A stretch of DNA of 63,995 nt, counting the filler, from Basidioascus undulatus (taxonomy: Eukaryota): NCBI GenBank assembly GCA_000826855.1. It is 9 parts of 9 records of this genome, joined end to end, with 100 filler letters (N's around TTAATTAATTAA, not from the genome) between each part and the next. Parts side by side here need not be neighbours in the genome. Positions count along the whole stretch, not along the records: positions 59,670 to 63,995 come from JTLS01002174.1; 8 more parts are not named here. One strand, 5' to 3'. The translations under genes and the position numbers were made by a program. The notes beneath the pieces are model-generated. The model searched no databases and had not been told where the DNA came from. It saw only the letters and a program-made list of their open reading frames with translations. Shown here piece by piece: positions 61,382 through 63,995 of this stretch (position 1 is the stretch's first letter; each line of letters opens with the position of its first letter).

Positions 61382-63843
61382 ATGCGCCGTCCTCCTCTTT
61401 GTCCCTTCCTCTCCCTCATAGCCCTCCGCACGCTATCCCACCGCTCCACCCATCTCCCCACTGCTCCCAAACTCTTCCTGCGCCCCCAGCAGGTTAGACA
61501 CACCCATAACCGACTCATCATGTCCGACTCGCCCGCGCCCAGCGCCCCGCACGCGTACGCCCCGCTCGAGCCGTACGATAAGGGACGGCTGCAGGTGGAT
61601 GGAGTGCATTCCCTTTAGTGCGTGGTCCCATCCCTCTATCCACCCCACCCAACACCTTCGCTGAATGGACGCGTGCGCAACAGCTATGAGCAGTCCGGCG
61701 ATCCTAATGGCCCGGCAGTCATCTTCATCCACGGCGTGCGTCTTCCCCTTCTTCCCACCCTCTCCCCTCTCATCTTCTCCCCCACCCACCCTCTTCTCCC
61801 CAGGGCCCCGGCGGCGGTACCTCCCACTCCGACCGGAAGTACTTTGCCCCCACGTACCGGACCATCCTCCTCGACCAGCGCGGCGCAGGGCAGAGCACGC
61901 CCTCTGCCAGCCTGGAGAACAACACGACCTGGGACCTCGTGGAGGACCTCGAGCGGCTGAGGAAGCATCTCGGCGTGGAGAGGTGGGTCGTTTTTGGGGG
62001 GTCGTGGGTGCGTTGCCTGCTCGTACTTTTTCTTTCCGTTGGAAACTATATAGACTGAGATGTTGGGGTGGAACAGGGAAGCACCCTCTCGCTTGCGTAC
62101 GCGCAGAAGTATCCGGAGGTCGTTAAGGGGCTCATCCTCCGGTGCGTCTCTGCGTTCCCCTTCTTGCCCTTCCTCTCCTGCGCTCATCTTCCCTCTCAAC
62201 GCAGTGGCATCTTCACCCTCCGCCGCTCCGAACTGCTCTGGTTCTACCAGGCCCGTATCCTTCTCCTCCTTTCCCTGGCCCACATCCCGTCGTCCCCTTT
62301 CCCTTTTGACAACCTCTCCTTCGGAAACTAGGACGGCGCGTCCCACATCTTCCCCGACGTGTGTCTTCCTCCTCTCCCCGCTTCCCTCCCTCTCCTCCCT
62401 ATCCCTTCTCCCTACCCTCCTCTGTATTCCTTACAACTGACAGCGTATCGATGCCATCCCGCCAGGCATTCGATGACTACCTCGCGCCCATCCCGCCCTC
62501 TGACCGGTCTGACCTGATCAGCGCATACTACGCGCGCCTCACCTCCGATGACGCGGGCGTAAGGGTGCCGGCTGCGAAGGTCCGCTTCCCCACCTTCCCT
62601 CCACCTCCTACCTCCCCACCTGCCACCTGCCACCTGCCACCTGCCACTTCCCTCCTCGCCCTTCCCTCTCCCTCTCCCTCTTCCATCGCAGTTTGCCCGC
62701 GGATGCTGATGAAGGATGGGTTGGGCCGGTATGGAATTGGGGATGCGGAGCCAGGCCTGGTCCACTTGGGAGTTGCAGACCTCGCGCCTGTACGTCAACC
62801 CGGACGATGTGAAGAAGGCGGACCAGGACGAGTGGGCGCTGGCGTTCGTGCGTCTTCCATTCCTCCTCTTCCCCTTCCCTCTCTTTCCCATCCCTCTTTC
62901 TTCCCCTTCCCCTTCCTGCTCTCCTCTTTTACTCCACTCCTCGCTCCTCTCCTCTCCTCTTTCTCGCTGTCCGTCTGTGAGTGTCCCTGGGTTGGATGCG
63001 GGTATTGATGTGGGAGGCGGTGGGACAGGCACGCATCGAGGCGCACTACTTTGTGAACGCTGTGCGTTGGCTCTTATTCGAGATTGAGGGGGGAGGATGG
63101 GTGCTGATGTGGGAGAGGGAGGGCAGGGGTTCATGCGTGATGGGCAGCTGTTGGAGAAAGGTGCGCTGTCCTCTCTTGCTCCCTACCTTCTTCTCTTCTT
63201 ACCCTTCATGCTCACGCACCCCAACTTTTTCAGGGGAGGTCGACAAGATGTACCCCCCCCCCTCTTCTACCCTTCTCCCCTTCCCATTTCTTTTCCATTT
63301 TGGCGCGTAGTCGCTGAGATCCGAGCTTCTTGGGATGGGACATCCGCAGCCGCCACATCCCGACCGTCATCGTGCAGGGGCGGTACGACCTGGTACATCT
63401 TCCTTCTTCTTTTTAGGCAGTGTTCTACAGCGCCCGCTGACCGACCGACTGGTACGCGGCGACAGGTCTGCCCGGCCAAGACAGCGTGGGAGCTGCACAA
63501 GGTCCGCCCGCTGCTCCCCATCTCCAACATTAATCCCCGAGCCCACGCATCCCTTCCTTTTCTTCCGAACCCACTCCTTTTTCCTCTGCTGCTGCAGGCA
63601 ATAGAACGCTGACTGACTGATGGTCCTGCGTGGGCGCAAACGCAGGTCTTCCCCGAAGCAGAGTTCCACATCGTCCCCGACGCGGGGCACAGCGCGAAGG
63701 AGCAGGGAATTACGAAGCTGCTGGTGCAGGTGCGTTCGCGACGCCGCTCACCCTAACTCCACTCTGCTTTTTCATCCGGCCGTGGCTGAGGGCTGTATGT
63801 ACTGGGCGCCGGGCAGGCGGCGGACAAGTTCAGGACGCTTTGA
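61382..63843 (+). CDS. Proline iminopeptidase (peptidase S33), about 16 introns
   Basis: IHGGPGGG; DQRGAGQSTP; VFGGSWGSTL (catalytic Ser); GIFTLRRSEL; ARIEAHYF; QGRYDL.VCP (Asp); DAGHS (His); in-frame ATGs at 61382 and 61520. Confidence 0.95.
62616..62647 (+). repeat. 7-bp tandem repeat (CCACCTG)x4.5 within an intron
   Basis: Read directly from the sequence. Confidence 0.9.
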
Positions 63844-63995
63844 GACGCGAGGTAGACGGGGTGTGGGGACGGAGAAGGGGTAGGCGGTAGAAGATACTCG
63901 AGAGCAGGGGGGAGGTAGCGAGGTGGGGATGTACTGATGAGAGAGGACTGTAGGACGCTGGGGGCGGCCGTACTTGCGATGGTGGAGAACTATAC

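Overview
This window is not one locus. It is nine assembly contigs joined by artificial 100-nt linkers (N44-TTAATTAATTAA-N44), so genes on either side of a linker are not neighbours. Eight contigs are GC-rich, intron-dense fungal nuclear DNA that looks basidiomycete (short introns with GTGCGT/GTCCGT donors and CTGAC branch sites). They encode tRNA-Glu, a kinesin-3, an ENT nucleoside transporter, a Pcl cyclin, PHS1, a maltose-type O-acetyltransferase, a Zn2Cys6 factor, RPF1, GSH1, a GIT1-like MFS, MET22, IleRS, an FN3/coiled-coil protein, a CCX exchanger and a proline iminopeptidase. One contig (35483-40228) is AT-rich mitochondrial DNA with a Eurotiales (Aspergillus/Penicillium-like) gene order, most likely from a second organism. 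The main signals are: (1) an intron-containing, signal-peptide-bearing gene resembling a bacterial 'agarase'-annotated glycoside hydrolase family, carrying frameshifts (HGT candidate in decay); (2) many disrupted accessory genes (four F-box/LRR-like, DUF4291, a P450) beside housekeeping genes in which I saw no lesions; (3) a perfect 52-bp inverted repeat bracketing a MET22 3' fragment. All family calls come from recognising motifs by eye; no database searches were run.
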